DNA of 64,000 bases, taken from assembly GCA_030603385.1 (NCBI GenBank), contig JAUVXW010000009.1:62958-126957 (forward strand), read 5' to 3'. The position numbers and the translations under genes are program-made. Below, one piece after another: positions 9,350 to 18,672 of this stretch. The stretch is from Promethearchaeota archaeon. GTDB taxonomy: Archaea; Asgardarchaeota; Lokiarchaeia; Sigyniarchaeales; SOKP01. Position 1 is the stretch's first letter; each line of letters starts with the position of its first letter. The notes under the pieces are model-generated. The model was given only the letters and a program-made list of their open reading frames with translations, was not told where the DNA came from and made no database searches.

Positions 9350-10822
9350 TTGGAGGTATTAAGAAACATGTTAGAATTGAGTGAAGAAAAAGTATACGAT
9401 ATTCGAAAGGTTTATGGAAAAGACAAGAAATCAGGAGAAGACTTTTATAACAAATGGCTTAGAGAATATCCAATCCTAAAAAACGAAGATGTACAAAAGT
9501 GGATTAGAAATAAGATAAATCAATTTACTGATGAGGGAAAAAATCCGAAAGGTTTCAAAATAACGACATATTTAAGACCATTATATCAATATTGCCTGTT
9601 TAATAAAGTAGAAAACCCTACAGATTTATTAGATGAAGTAAACATGACTGTAGAAATAAACGGAAAAAAGGGAGATATAGAAAACGGAAATCTAAGATTA
9701 AAGACATATATTAATTTTCTTTTGGATGTAATAAAAGACAAAAATAACAAACAGAAATTACAGAAATTAAAAGATCTAAAATTTAGGGTAATGAAAAATA
9801 CTGGAAAAGTAAAGATACCAAACGAAGTTTCAGTTAGAAATATGATACAAGGCAGAATTAGGAGTTTTTACTCATCCCGTGGATTTCAATTATCCGTAAA
9901 AATAAAAACAAAGGATTCTGGTAAAAATGTAAACGAAATAGATGTAGACAAAGAAATGATAAAACGAATTAAAAACAACATCAATAATATTACATATAAT
10001 TTGGTCTGTAAATTTCAAACTCAGACAGGATTAAGAATAAATGATATATTGAAAGAGTTAACAAATGGTAAATATGTAATTGAAAATTATAAAGATGGAG
10101 ATTTCGAACGTTACTTTATTAGAAATTTTGAAACACAGAAAGAAAAAGTGGTAATTAATTTTATGCCATTTACAAACGAATTAGCAGATATGTTGAGTCT
10201 TACATATCCTGAAATAAAAGATGATTTAACCAAATTGGATTTATCAAATTTATTTATAACAAGAAACAATAAACGTATAAGGGAAGTTGATTACTTAGAC
10301 AGATTAAAATTGGCAACTAAAAGGGCTGGAATAAAAGGAAATATGAAGACACATTTGCTTAGAAAATATTATATAACACAGATAGAAGATGTTAAGGAAA
10401 TAAGTAGTAAATTTAGAGACCATTTAGAAGGACATACCACAGATTATTCAGATAAAACATATAATAAGAATATTAGACGTATCAAATGGTTTTTTGATAA
10501 TTGGAAATTAATAGAAGAGAGTATTTGTGTAAACGGTGTTATATATGGTAAAACAGATAAGAAAGTTATAAAATTGGATAAAAGATACAAAGATATAATG
10601 GAACAATTAGTTGAAACCAATAAAACAAATACAGAATTACAAAATAAATTAAATAGTATGGAACATAAGGTAGAAGGATTTGACCAGTTATTTAGAATAT
10701 TACTCGAAAAGCAAAGATATTCAGAGGAAATCGATGAAAAACATGGAATTGAATCTACAAAGGTATACAAAGTTATGAAAAAGGTATTTGAAGAACATTT
10801 TGAAAAGTTAAGTAAAAAATAA
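9350..10822 (+). CDS. Tyrosine recombinase/integrase with C-terminal coiled coil
   Basis: Catalytic set R (QTGLRIND), K (ETQKE), HxxR (THLLRKYY), H (LEGH), Y (DKTYN). Confidence 0.92.
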   Translation: MEVLRNMLELSEEKVYDIRKVYGKDKKSGEDFYNKWLREYPILKNEDVQKWIRNKINQFTDEGKNPKGFKITTYLRPLYQYCLFNKVENPTDLLDEVNMTVEINGKKGDIENGNLRLKTYINFLLDVIKDKNNKQKLQKLKDLKFRVMKNTGKVKIPNEVSVRNMIQGRIRSFYSSRGFQLSVKIKTKDSGKNVNEIDVDKEMIKRIKNNINNITYNLVCKFQTQTGLRINDILKELTNGKYVIENYKDGDFERYFIRNFETQKEKVVINFMPFTNELADMLSLTYPEIKDDLTKLDLSNLFITRNNKRIREVDYLDRLKLATKRAGIKGNMKTHLLRKYYITQIEDVKEISSKFRDHLEGHTTDYSDKTYNKNIRRIKWFFDNWKLIEESICVNGVIYGKTDKKVIKLDKRYKDIMEQLVETNKTNTELQNKLNSMEHKVEGFDQLFRILLEKQRYSEEIDEKHGIESTKVYKVMKKVFEEHFEKLSKK

Positions 10823-10865
10823 TTTTTTTTTTTCGTGAATTATTATTTTAAAATTAGTATTCTTA

Positions 10866-12083
10866 TTATTTCCCTCTCTTTTCTATTAATAAATCTAAAA
10901 TATCTTCTATGGTCATATCTCCAAAAAATTCATCAATCTTTTTATCCTTCAACGAATTTAATTTTTTCTTTGTATATTCAAGCTTTTCGTTTATAAGTTT
11001 ACTCTCTCTTTTAATATACTTTTTGGAATTTTCCAAATTTTTTATCGCATATTCTGATTCTTCCATCTCCTTCATATAAAAGAATATATAATCATTAAGA
11101 CGTTCTAATAATAATAGTATTGTTTTTATTAAATATGGTTTATCTTGTGTAATTAATTTCTCTAAAACATCTGTGTCTTTTTTCTCCCTACCTATAAATT
11201 TTCCACGTGTATATTCATCATATTGATAACCTAAAATAGCATCAACAACAATTTTATCCAAATTATTATTAATATTTCCAATATGAAAATCATCTTTTTT
11301 TCTATCCTTAGAAATTATTTCACTTATATATTTTAAAATATTAGTATTTTTATATTTTATCGAATGTTCTATCATATCATCTAAATAATGATTTCTCATA
11401 TAATTATAAACTTCATTGGTTGGTTCTGTTCTTAAAATAGAATTGATCATATCTCGATTTACATTAATTTTATTATCTGGATATTTTATATTATAATCAT
11501 TAAAATAATCTATTAAATAATTTACAATAGGTTCAATATAATGTGGATGTCTATTAGGATCCTTTCTATAATACAAAGTTTTATACATAAATGCCTTTTC
11601 GGAAACTGGTAAATTTAATCCTCTTTTTTCATCCTCTTCTTTTTTCTCCCTTTTTTCATCCTCTCTCTTTTTTTTCTCTTCTTTTTTTATTTCTAATTTT
11701 ACTTTTCTTTTTATACGTTCCTCATACCATTCCTTTTCTACAATAGGAAGTCCAATCACTTCATTTACATTATTAATATCAATCATATTCATAGTTTTTA
11801 TTAATTCCTCTTTTTCTATATCATTCATATGTTCTATTTCAGATTCTCTTTTACGGAAATCAAAAGGCATTTCATGAGTCTCAAAATAAAGCAATTGTAC
11901 AAACTTCCATTTATAATCACTTTTATGACTTTTAAGTCTACCTAAGATATGCTTTGTTTCTCCAGTGTAATATCTCCAATCATCATTTCTACTCAAACAA
12001 TTTAATATATAAATAAAATGATATTTATGTTTATTAATTCCACATAAAAATTCCATTTCTTTTTTAAACTCATCAATCTTCAT
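10866..12083 (-). CDS. GIY-YIG nuclease domain protein with long C-terminal extension
   Basis: FIYILNC...YYTGET...GRLKSH...RESEI at the N-terminus. Confidence 0.78.
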   Translation of the reverse strand: MKIDEFKKEMEFLCGINKHKYHFIYILNCLSRNDDWRYYTGETKHILGRLKSHKSDYKWKFVQLLYFETHEMPFDFRKRESEIEHMNDIEKEELIKTMNMIDINNVNEVIGLPIVEKEWYEERIKRKVKLEIKKEEKKKREDEKREKKEEDEKRGLNLPVSEKAFMYKTLYYRKDPNRHPHYIEPIVNYLIDYFNDYNIKYPDNKINVNRDMINSILRTEPTNEVYNYMRNHYLDDMIEHSIKYKNTNILKYISEIISKDRKKDDFHIGNINNNLDKIVVDAILGYQYDEYTRGKFIGREKKDTDVLEKLITQDKPYLIKTILLLLERLNDYIFFYMKEMEESEYAIKNLENSKKYIKRESKLINEKLEYTKKKLNSLKDKKIDEFFGDMTIEDILDLLIEKRGK

Positions 12084-12388
12084 TTAAATAACCTTAATAA
12101 GCCATTTTTCTAAATAAATTATAATGTTTATAAAATTTAATAATTTTGAATAAACACCATATCTAACAACCAATAATCATTAGAAAAAGAATAATTAATT
12201 TTTTTTCTCTAAATATCAAATTAAATAATCTAAAAATCAATACAATCATCATTTATAACTGAAAATTTGAATGAATCATCACACATCAATATTTTATATT
12301 GGAAATTTATAAATATTATAAAAACCAATGTTTTGACTCTTAAATTTGATAAACGCCAAAACATTTTAAATAAAAGAAAAAAAATTAA

Positions 12389-13099
12389 TTATTGTTCTTT
12401 TCCGCACATTGGACAGAACATTTTTGTTTCGTCTAATATTTCAGTTCCACATTCTGGACAATATAACTTTTGTATTTTATAAATTTCTTTTTGCTTTTTT
12501 ATGGTTTCTCTTATATTCCTTTTTTTATGTCTCTTTTTGAATATATTTTTCCCTGTAATAATAATAACTACAGACATATATCCAAGACATCCTAAAAATA
12601 TATAAATAGGTATAAAAGTAAGTAGAACCAAAAAATCCAACGAAGTCTCTTTATATGTAGAATAATATTCAAAAGATATATAGGAAGAAATTACATCAAA
12701 ATTTATAACCAAAATAGTCCACGTATCGTAAAAAGGGAAATCCATATTATACCATGCTTCTCCTCCAGATTCATCTGTAAAATGCCAATAATTAGTATAT
12801 GAATTATAATCATAAACATCAAAGTCAAGCCCGTGTTGCCCAGAAGACAATAAAACAACATAAAAATCGAATGGTGGATCACAATAAAATTTAAAAAGAA
12901 AATGATCTCCATCTTGTCCTTTAACATAAAAAAGCCATCCTGTATCTCTCTGCATTTCACGTTCAGTACGTCCTTCCCATGTTTCTACTTTTGGATAAAA
13001 AACAACTATTATCGCTGAAATAACTACTCCTATTAATAAAAAGGAAACCAAAAACAAAACAATTATATATTTCTTCATTTTTTTTATCACCTCCTTCAT
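12389..13099 (-). CDS. Membrane protein with extracellular beta-rich domain and C-terminal zinc ribbon; likely start ~13078
   Basis: Two TM segments, DTWTILVINFD motif, CPECG...CPMCG. Confidence 0.75.
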   Translation of the reverse strand: MKEVIKKMKKYIIVLFLVSFLLIGVVISAIIVVFYPKVETWEGRTEREMQRDTGWLFYVKGQDGDHFLFKFYCDPPFDFYVVLLSSGQHGLDFDVYDYNSYTNYWHFTDESGGEAWYNMDFPFYDTWTILVINFDVISSYISFEYYSTYKETSLDFLVLLTFIPIYIFLGCLGYMSVVIIITGKNIFKKRHKKRNIRETIKKQKEIYKIQKLYCPECGTEILDETKMFCPMCGKEQ

Positions 13100-13122
13100 T
13101 TGTTTAATTTGAAATAAATTTA
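13087..13122 (-). repeat. Gene-junction repeat copy A
   Basis: TAAATTTATTTCAAATTAAACAAATGAAGGAGGTGA; the first TAA is the stop of ORF 13120-13596. Confidence 0.8.
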
Positions 13123-13596
13123 TCCAATTATCATTTCTCCTGTATATCTAAAATTAATTCCTTCAACAATCAATTCCTCCATATCTGGATATTCACTCTT
13201 CATTCCCATAATTACCTGTTTCCATGTTATTAATTTACATGTCATACATTCTGTCTCACCATATATATCAACAAAATCTTCAAGATAATGCTTATTTTTG
13301 GGTTGAATCCATTTTTTTAATCCTGTTAGTATCCAGATATGATCTTCTTTAAACAGACATTCATCATATATTGGCTGAATTCTATGTCTATCTGCAATTA
13401 TTTGCTTTATATTGTGCTTCTTATTATGAGTTTTACACCATACATACCTCTCATCTTTCGTCCTTAGCTTGTTAATTTCAATCATCTTCTCAGAATGTTG
13501 TTCGTCTATTTCGTTAAATTTTTTTCTTAAAATTCTGCTCTGTTCCCTTAGTTTCATTATTTCTTCATATAATTCCATTATTTCTTCTTCACTCAT
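13120..13596 (-). CDS. Hypothetical protein (N-terminal coiled coil, scattered Cys/His)
   Basis: 158-aa ORF with GGAGGTG SD. Confidence 0.7.
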   Translation of the reverse strand: MSEEEIMELYEEIMKLREQSRILRKKFNEIDEQHSEKMIEINKLRTKDERYVWCKTHNKKHNIKQIIADRHRIQPIYDECLFKEDHIWILTGLKKWIQPKNKHYLEDFVDIYGETECMTCKLITWKQVIMGMKSEYPDMEELIVEGINFRYTGEMIIG

Positions 13597-13610
13597 TATT
13601 TAACACCTCC

Positions 13611-13925
13611 TTATTTTTTTAATGAATAATTTAACATATTAAATACAGCCATATTTCTCCTCCTTATATTCATCAACCCGCCACTCTCATCTGTTTGGAA
13701 TCTAAATTTTCTACCATCTTTTAGATTAATTAATGGTCTTTTAGCTGTTTTCGGAAATTTCTCAGAAATAGTAACAGAATTAATTTCTTCAAATTTAATC
13801 TCAGTTATATTTCCTCTATGAAACAAAAATACGATCTTATCGTCCTCAATCTTTAAAGTTCCCCAGTGTCGTCTTTTTGGTAATCGTGTTTCTCCTTCCA
13901 ACATTAAAAATCCCTGATAACTCAT
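13611..13925 (-). CDS. PH-like/GRAM-like domain protein
   Basis: WGTLKIEDDKIVF...EIKFEEINSV...LINLKDGRKFRF strand pattern. Confidence 0.6.
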   Translation of the reverse strand: MSYQGFLMLEGETRLPKRRHWGTLKIEDDKIVFLFHRGNITEIKFEEINSVTISEKFPKTAKRPLINLKDGRKFRFQTDESGGLMNIRRRNMAVFNMLNYSLKK

Positions 13926-13929
13926 CTTT

Positions 13930-13950
13930 TCACCTCCTCATTTGTTATTT
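13930..13950 (-). repeat. Gene-junction repeat copy B (partial)
   Basis: AAATAACAAATGAGGAGGTGA; contains the stop of ORF 13945-14151. Confidence 0.75.
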
Positions 13951-14151
13951 TTTTAATGATTTTAAATCTTTTATCTTTTCATAAATATCTTTGTCAAATT
14001 GTTTTAAAAATTCTGAACTACATTTTTCTTTTAAATATTTCACTATTTCCCTGATAATCGTTAATGAATCACGATTCATTTGTATACTTGATTTAACGTT
14101 CTCCTGTATAGAATCAATTCGTTTTAATATATCATCTAATTTTTCACTCAT
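13945..14151 (-). CDS. Small hypothetical protein
   Basis: 68 aa, SD present, MSEK start. Confidence 0.65.
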   Translation of the reverse strand: MSEKLDDILKRIDSIQENVKSSIQMNRDSLTIIREIVKYLKEKCSSEFLKQFDKDIYEKIKDLKSLKK

Positions 14152-14158
14152 CTTATTA

Positions 14159-14191
14159 TCACCTCATCATTTGTTATTTGGAATAAATTTA
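14159..14191 (-). repeat. Gene-junction repeat copy C
   Basis: TAAATTTATTCCAAATAACAAATGATGAGGTGA. Confidence 0.85.
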
Positions 14192-14193
14192 TA

Positions 14194-14397
14194 TCATGAT
14201 AATGATTTTTGATCTAATAAAATTCGAGTTAAATGTAACCCAAGACCTGGATATGCCCCTCCCCATATTCCAGCATATTCTCCAATTATAGCAATAGTAA
14301 GGAAGGTTATGACAATAATAATAAATATAATTGTATATTCCAATAACTTAATTCTTTTTTCCAAATATTTTATTCTATTATCAAAATCTTCTGTCAT
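14194..14397 (-). CDS. Small single-TM protein
   Basis: One hydrophobic helix; ATGA overlap with upstream ORF. Confidence 0.65.
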   Translation of the reverse strand: MTEDFDNRIKYLEKRIKLLEYTIIFIIIVITFLTIAIIGEYAGIWGGAYPGLGLHLTRILLDQKSLS

Positions 14398-14753
14398 GTT
14401 AGAACCTCCTGTTTTAATTTTTCCATATCTTTTATTGCTTCATCTCTATATTCTATTACAATATCTTTTAATTCTGGCAATTCAAATAATTCTAATTTTA
14501 AAAATGTCACACGATTTTCATCATATATTTCTAAAAACATAACCAATTCATTTTTTGGATGATAAGTCCATTCAAATCCACCGTATTTAATATTCCTTTT
14601 TTTTAATGCTTCGTTGGTTTTATTTATTAAATTAGAATATTTATCCAATAGTTTACCTTTTAAAAAAATAGGTTCACTCCATTTTTCACCTGTATCTTTT
14701 TCTAATCGTTTTTGTCTTAGTTTTATCATTCTCTTATGATATTTTTCACTCAT
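14394..14753 (-). CDS. Hypothetical protein
   Basis: 119 aa, MSEK start after junction repeat. Confidence 0.7.
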   Translation of the reverse strand: MSEKYHKRMIKLRQKRLEKDTGEKWSEPIFLKGKLLDKYSNLINKTNEALKKRNIKYGGFEWTYHPKNELVMFLEIYDENRVTFLKLELFELPELKDIVIEYRDEAIKDMEKLKQEVLT

Positions 14754-14761
14754 CTCTTTTC

Positions 14762-14793
14762 TACCCCTTCATTTGTGATTTGGAATAAATTTA
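14762..14793 (-). repeat. Gene-junction repeat copy D
   Basis: TAAATTTATTCCAAATCACAAATGAAGGGGTA. Confidence 0.85.
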
Positions 14794-14795
14794 TT

Positions 14796-15527
14796 TTATA
14801 TTAAAGCCTCAATATCATTTTCTTTATTTCCAATATCAATCCAATAATCTATGGCTTGTTTAGCCTTTGGATTTGCTTCAAATCCAATGTATTTTCTATT
14901 TGTTATGATACAATTATAAGCAGTAGTTCCATTTCCCATAAAAGGGTCTAATACGATATCTCCTTCATTGCTTGAATTTTCAATTAAATCACGAACTAAT
15001 CGATTTGGTAGTTTAGTACCAATTTTCGGTACATTAGCAGAAATTCTAGGTCTACTCATAGTAAAAACATCTGGCATATTGAGTCTTAGTCTATTAAACT
15101 TGTATTTGTTTATGTCCCTAACCAAGAAATAGATATGATAATGAGCTGATGAGTATTTCTTTTTTGCTTTTGCTTGTGTAGTGCCACATACCCAAATACA
15201 ATGGTTTAACCTAATCAAATCGAGTCTGTCTAATATTCTTTCTACATTATTTAAATGATTCCAACCTAACACTATATACATTGAGCCAGAATGTTTTAAC
15301 ACTCTTTCTGCTTCTAACATCCATTTAAGTGTAAAATTATAATAATGTTCTGGTTTAACTTCTACATATCCTTCCATTAAATTTTCAGAGTTTCTGACAT
15401 AATTATATGCACCCTTATCAAACCAAATGCCAAACGGAGGATCTGCTATAATTAAATCAATTGAATTGTTACGTATTCTTTTCATGCCTGATATACAGTT
15501 TTCATAATAGATATGATTTAATTCCAT
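14796..15527 (-). CDS. N4/N6 DNA methyltransferase (beta class), solitary
   Basis: IIADPPF precedes VLDPFMGNGTT...IGFE. Confidence 0.92.
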   Translation of the reverse strand: MELNHIYYENCISGMKRIRNNSIDLIIADPPFGIWFDKGAYNYVRNSENLMEGYVEVKPEHYYNFTLKWMLEAERVLKHSGSMYIVLGWNHLNNVERILDRLDLIRLNHCIWVCGTTQAKAKKKYSSAHYHIYFLVRDINKYKFNRLRLNMPDVFTMSRPRISANVPKIGTKLPNRLVRDLIENSSNEGDIVLDPFMGNGTTAYNCIITNRKYIGFEANPKAKQAIDYWIDIGNKENDIEALI

Positions 15528-15531
15528 TTAA

Positions 15532-15561
15532 TCACCTGTTCTGTTTTTTGAAATAAATTTA
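15532..15561 (-). repeat. Gene-junction repeat copy E
   Basis: TAAATTTATTTCAAAAAACAGAACAGGTGA; the first TAA is the stop of ORF 15559-15834. Confidence 0.7.
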
Positions 15562-15834
15562 TTTAATTATTCCTAAACGTATCTTGTTGGCTTTCCGTAA
15601 ATACAATATTGGATAAATCATAAAAACAACAATAGTTAAAACTATACCTATACACAAGCTAATCATTGCTTCGTATTGAAGGACATAATTACCCGTTGTA
15701 TCTACATAATCAAGAGTTTGTATTGCATGTATCATAATATAAAGAATCACACAGCCAACTATTATTGAAATTGTGACCAATGTTCTTAATTTATCATATT
15801 TCATCATTTCCTCTTCACTCATCCTTATTACCAC
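15559..15834 (-). CDS. Small 2-TM membrane protein
   Basis: Two hydrophobic helices. Confidence 0.7.
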   Translation of the reverse strand: MVIRMSEEEMMKYDKLRTLVTISIIVGCVILYIMIHAIQTLDYVDTTGNYVLQYEAMISLCIGIVLTIVVFMIYPILYLRKANKIRLGIIK

Positions 15835-15842
15835 CTCCTATA

Positions 15843-16295
15843 TTATTTAATTTCGATTTTTAAATGTTTACATTCCTTCAACTTCCTTTTTAAGAAATTC
15901 AAGAATTTTTTATATGATTTTAAACCATATCTTTTTTTAATCCAGTTGGTCATTGCTATGAAAATCATATCTACATCTTCCAATGTCTCTTTTAAAATTT
16001 GATTATCTAACTCCTTTTCTGTCACTTCTGTAAATCCTAATTCCTCCAATTTTTCTATTGACGGATCATCTAAAAATTTCTGCTTTAATTTTTCTTGTTT
16101 ATTTTCTTGTTTATTTTCTTGTTCATGTTCCCACATTTTAAAAGCATGAGTTATCTCGTTATTTTTATTTAACGCAGTCCTATTTGTTTCATGATAATAT
16201 TGTTCAAATAATATTTCTTGTCTTTTTGTATATCTTTGTCTACTACCTTGAGAATAATACCATTTCTTTATTCTCCTCCAAAATTCATTACTCAT
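15843..16295 (-). CDS. Hypothetical protein with ETGK-like module
   Basis: YYHETNRTALNKNNEITHAFKMW. Confidence 0.7.
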   Translation of the reverse strand: MSNEFWRRIKKWYYSQGSRQRYTKRQEILFEQYYHETNRTALNKNNEITHAFKMWEHEQENKQENKQEKLKQKFLDDPSIEKLEELGFTEVTEKELDNQILKETLEDVDMIFIAMTNWIKKRYGLKSYKKFLNFLKRKLKECKHLKIEIK

Positions 16296-16301
16296 TTTAT
16301 A

Positions 16302-17033
16302 TCACGTCCTGTTTTGTTTAATTTTCTTTTGATATTGTAACCATTGTTTAAATTGTACAGTGATTTTATTACCCCAAATAACATGTTGACCTGTCTCGGC
16401 TTCAAATCTTTTTATTAATTTTGGATATTTATTTTGAAACTCATTTACACTCATTTTTATTCCTTTTTGTTTCTTTAAATTTTGCGGATTTAAAAGAACA
16501 TGAAACATAAAATTCAATTTATTTTTTTCCCCGTCCTTTTCATCTTCTTTATCATATTCATAAGTTTCATAAACTCCATATATCCTTCCGTACAATTTAC
16601 ATAAGGAAATAAATTTATCAAAGTTCTGTCTAATATGAATAATTTTTTCGAGATTATTAGTGGCATAATCAATAATTTGAATGTAATTCTTAAACTCTTT
16701 ATGTAGCTTTAATTTTAATAAAATTTCAATGAACTTTGCTTTATATTTAAAAGTGAATTTATTATATTTGTCACGTTTACTCTCAATACATTCAGCAAAA
16801 TTATACCATAAATTATTATCAAGATATTTTATAAAACCTCCACCAAGTTTTAATGCACCTCTCATCGAAATAAGCACATATTTACCATCCTCTGTATCTG
16901 GTGTTTCTGGTAAAGGTATATTGCTTTTAATGAATTCTTCAGCAGTAAGCTCTATATAATCTTTCTCATTCCCCTTTTCAAACATTTTTCTTACCATTTC
17001 TTTTAATCTCCTTCTTTTTATTAGGAATTCCAT
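16302..17033 (-). CDS. Hypothetical protein with C-terminal ETGK-like module (possible internal start 16454)
   Basis: MSVNEFQNKYPKLIKRFEAETGQHVIWGNKITVQFKQW. Confidence 0.7.
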   Translation of the reverse strand: MEFLIKRRRLKEMVRKMFEKGNEKDYIELTAEEFIKSNIPLPETPDTEDGKYVLISMRGALKLGGGFIKYLDNNLWYNFAECIESKRDKYNKFTFKYKAKFIEILLKLKLHKEFKNYIQIIDYATNNLEKIIHIRQNFDKFISLCKLYGRIYGVYETYEYDKEDEKDGEKNKLNFMFHVLLNPQNLKKQKGIKMSVNEFQNKYPKLIKRFEAETGQHVIWGNKITVQFKQWLQYQKKIKQNRT

Positions 17034-17493
17034 AACGAAATTTATCTGTATGTTTAATATATGTGAGTCTCTTTTCGATGAGTTTTATGATGGATTTTGT
17101 GCTTTCATCATCAACGTGTTCTCTAATAAATTGATAATACTCATCCCAAGTTTCCAATTTGTGATATTTCATAAATCTCGCAATATCTAATAAAGGTAAA
17201 TCTGTACCTCTTCCTTTTTCAAACAAATAAAAAATACAGAAAATATTGTTTTTCCAACCATAATCAACCTCTTCTATGCCTAAATCTTTAAAAACTCTCT
17301 TTATGAACGGCACCAAATTAATAATTTCTTTCTCATATCTCAGAACTTTATGTGCTGGCTTTTTCACAAATTTCGTTAAAAAATCCAAATAACCTGTATA
17401 TGTATAACAACGTACAACTCCACATCTTAAATATCCTTCATCTACTTTTCCTTTTTCTAAGACATTCTTATATTTATTGCTCAATTTTTTCAA
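16978..17493 (-). CDS. Hypothetical protein
   Basis: 171-aa ORF co-oriented in the operon. Confidence 0.65.
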   Translation of the reverse strand: MKKLSNKYKNVLEKGKVDEGYLRCGVVRCYTYTGYLDFLTKFVKKPAHKVLRYEKEIINLVPFIKRVFKDLGIEEVDYGWKNNIFCIFYLFEKGRGTDLPLLDIARFMKYHKLETWDEYYQFIREHVDDESTKSIIKLIEKRLTYIKHTDKFRYGIPNKKKEIKRNGKKNV

Positions 17494-17505
17494 CTCTTTT
17501 TTTTA

Positions 17506-18201
17506 TTACTTCGCATAACCTTTATGCTCTTTATATACATTCCCTCTATAATGTGTTCTCTTACACCACGAGCAGTAATAAGGTTGAGTCATAGGTGGCG
17601 GTGGTCTATTAGTCCTTTCAATATTATCTACCCATTCATTTAAGTTATGGATTTCATCATTACTAAGTAATCCTTTTTCTATTTTTTCATTCAATATACC
17701 TCGAAAAAGATATGTTTGTTTTTGTATTTGTTCGTATGATAATTCTTTACAACCTAAATTTGCTGAAACAAAAATACCCATAGCTTCACTATCAGAGAGT
17801 TCCATTATTTTACAACTAATTTTTTCACGACCTAACTTTTTCGTGGCAGTAAACCTTCGATACCCCTCCACAAGAGAATATTTTTCACTATTATTAATTG
17901 GTCTAATAATAACAGGAGTTATCAAACCTACATCAAGTATAGACATTAATAAAGCTCCATCATTTTCGTCATTAGACCATCTATCTCGAAATGAGATAGA
18001 ATCATCAATTTTAATATTCTTAATGTCAATCTCTTTTATATTCCATTTCATTTGTTTTATCTCTTTTTGCTTATATCTCCATTGTTTAAATTGTCCAGAT
18101 AGCTTACCACCTATAATGGCATTTTTGCCTGTCTCTTTTTTAAACAATAAAGTCGATTTATATATTTTTGGATATTTATTTTTGAATACTTCTGTGTTCA
18201 T
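17506..18201 (-). CDS. ParB/Srx-like domain protein with N-terminal ETGK-like module and C-terminal CxxC-H motif
   Basis: LLMSILDVGLITPVIIR...YSLVEGYRRFTA...SANL. Confidence 0.85.
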   Translation of the reverse strand: MNTEVFKNKYPKIYKSTLLFKKETGKNAIIGGKLSGQFKQWRYKQKEIKQMKWNIKEIDIKNIKIDDSISFRDRWSNDENDGALLMSILDVGLITPVIIRPINNSEKYSLVEGYRRFTATKKLGREKISCKIMELSDSEAMGIFVSANLGCKELSYEQIQKQTYLFRGILNEKIEKGLLSNDEIHNLNEWVDNIERTNRPPPPMTQPYYCSWCKRTHYRGNVYKEHKGYAK

Positions 18202-18362
18202 TATCTAACCTCCTTGTTATTTGAAATAAATTTTTTAATTGATAATTTCTTTAAAAATTCATACTCGTCATAAGGGCTATGTGGTACATAATATAGAGAG
18301 TCATAATTCAGGAGCTTATGAGTTTCAGCATCTACAGGTAGTTTTTTAATTTCCTTACTCAT
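18201..18362 (-). CDS. 53-aa hypothetical protein (not in ORF track)
   Basis: MSKEIKKLPVDAETHKLL...; overlaps both neighbours at start and stop; reads through junction repeat F. Confidence 0.5.
   Translation of the reverse strand: MSKEIKKLPVDAETHKLLNYDSLYYVPHSPYDEYEFLKKLSIKKFISNNKEVR
18208..18234 (-). repeat. Gene-junction repeat copy F
   Basis: AAAATTTATTTCAAATAACAAGGAGGT. Confidence 0.75.
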
Positions 18363-18672
18363 CTTTTTTAACCTCCTTGATAAGTTCTGATAATTTATGT
18401 TGACATTTTTTAAACTCCCATTGTATCATATTATATACTTCCTCTGCTGTATCCAATTCTCGAACTAATTCACCAATTTCACCGATAATTGACATTTTTT
18501 TACTGACTTTAATTATAGCAGGTGAAAACATTCCTTGCTCTTTTTTTACCTTCTCCACATGTTTAATTATATTATCCAATGAGTTTCTTATCTGGCTCAT
18601 ATTCCTAAAATTCAACATATGTCTCAATTTTTTCAAATTATCCAATAAATTTTCTGTAAAGGGTTCTGGCAT
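18355..18672 (-). CDS. Hypothetical helical protein
   Basis: 105 aa, abuts the upstream stop. Confidence 0.65.
   Translation of the reverse strand: MPEPFTENLLDNLKKLRHMLNFRNMSQIRNSLDNIIKHVEKVKKEQGMFSPAIIKVSKKMSIIGEIGELVRELDTAEEVYNMIQWEFKKCQHKLSELIKEVKKDE

Noticed and set aside
14796-15527. Restriction-modification system
   Set aside because: No adjacent restriction endonuclease recognised; the MTase appears solitary.
13087-18234. CRISPR array or classical integron attC interpretation of the junction repeats
   Set aside because: The repeats are degenerate and separated by whole genes of variable length. There are no cas genes and no RYYYAAC/GTTRRRY-bounded hairpins.
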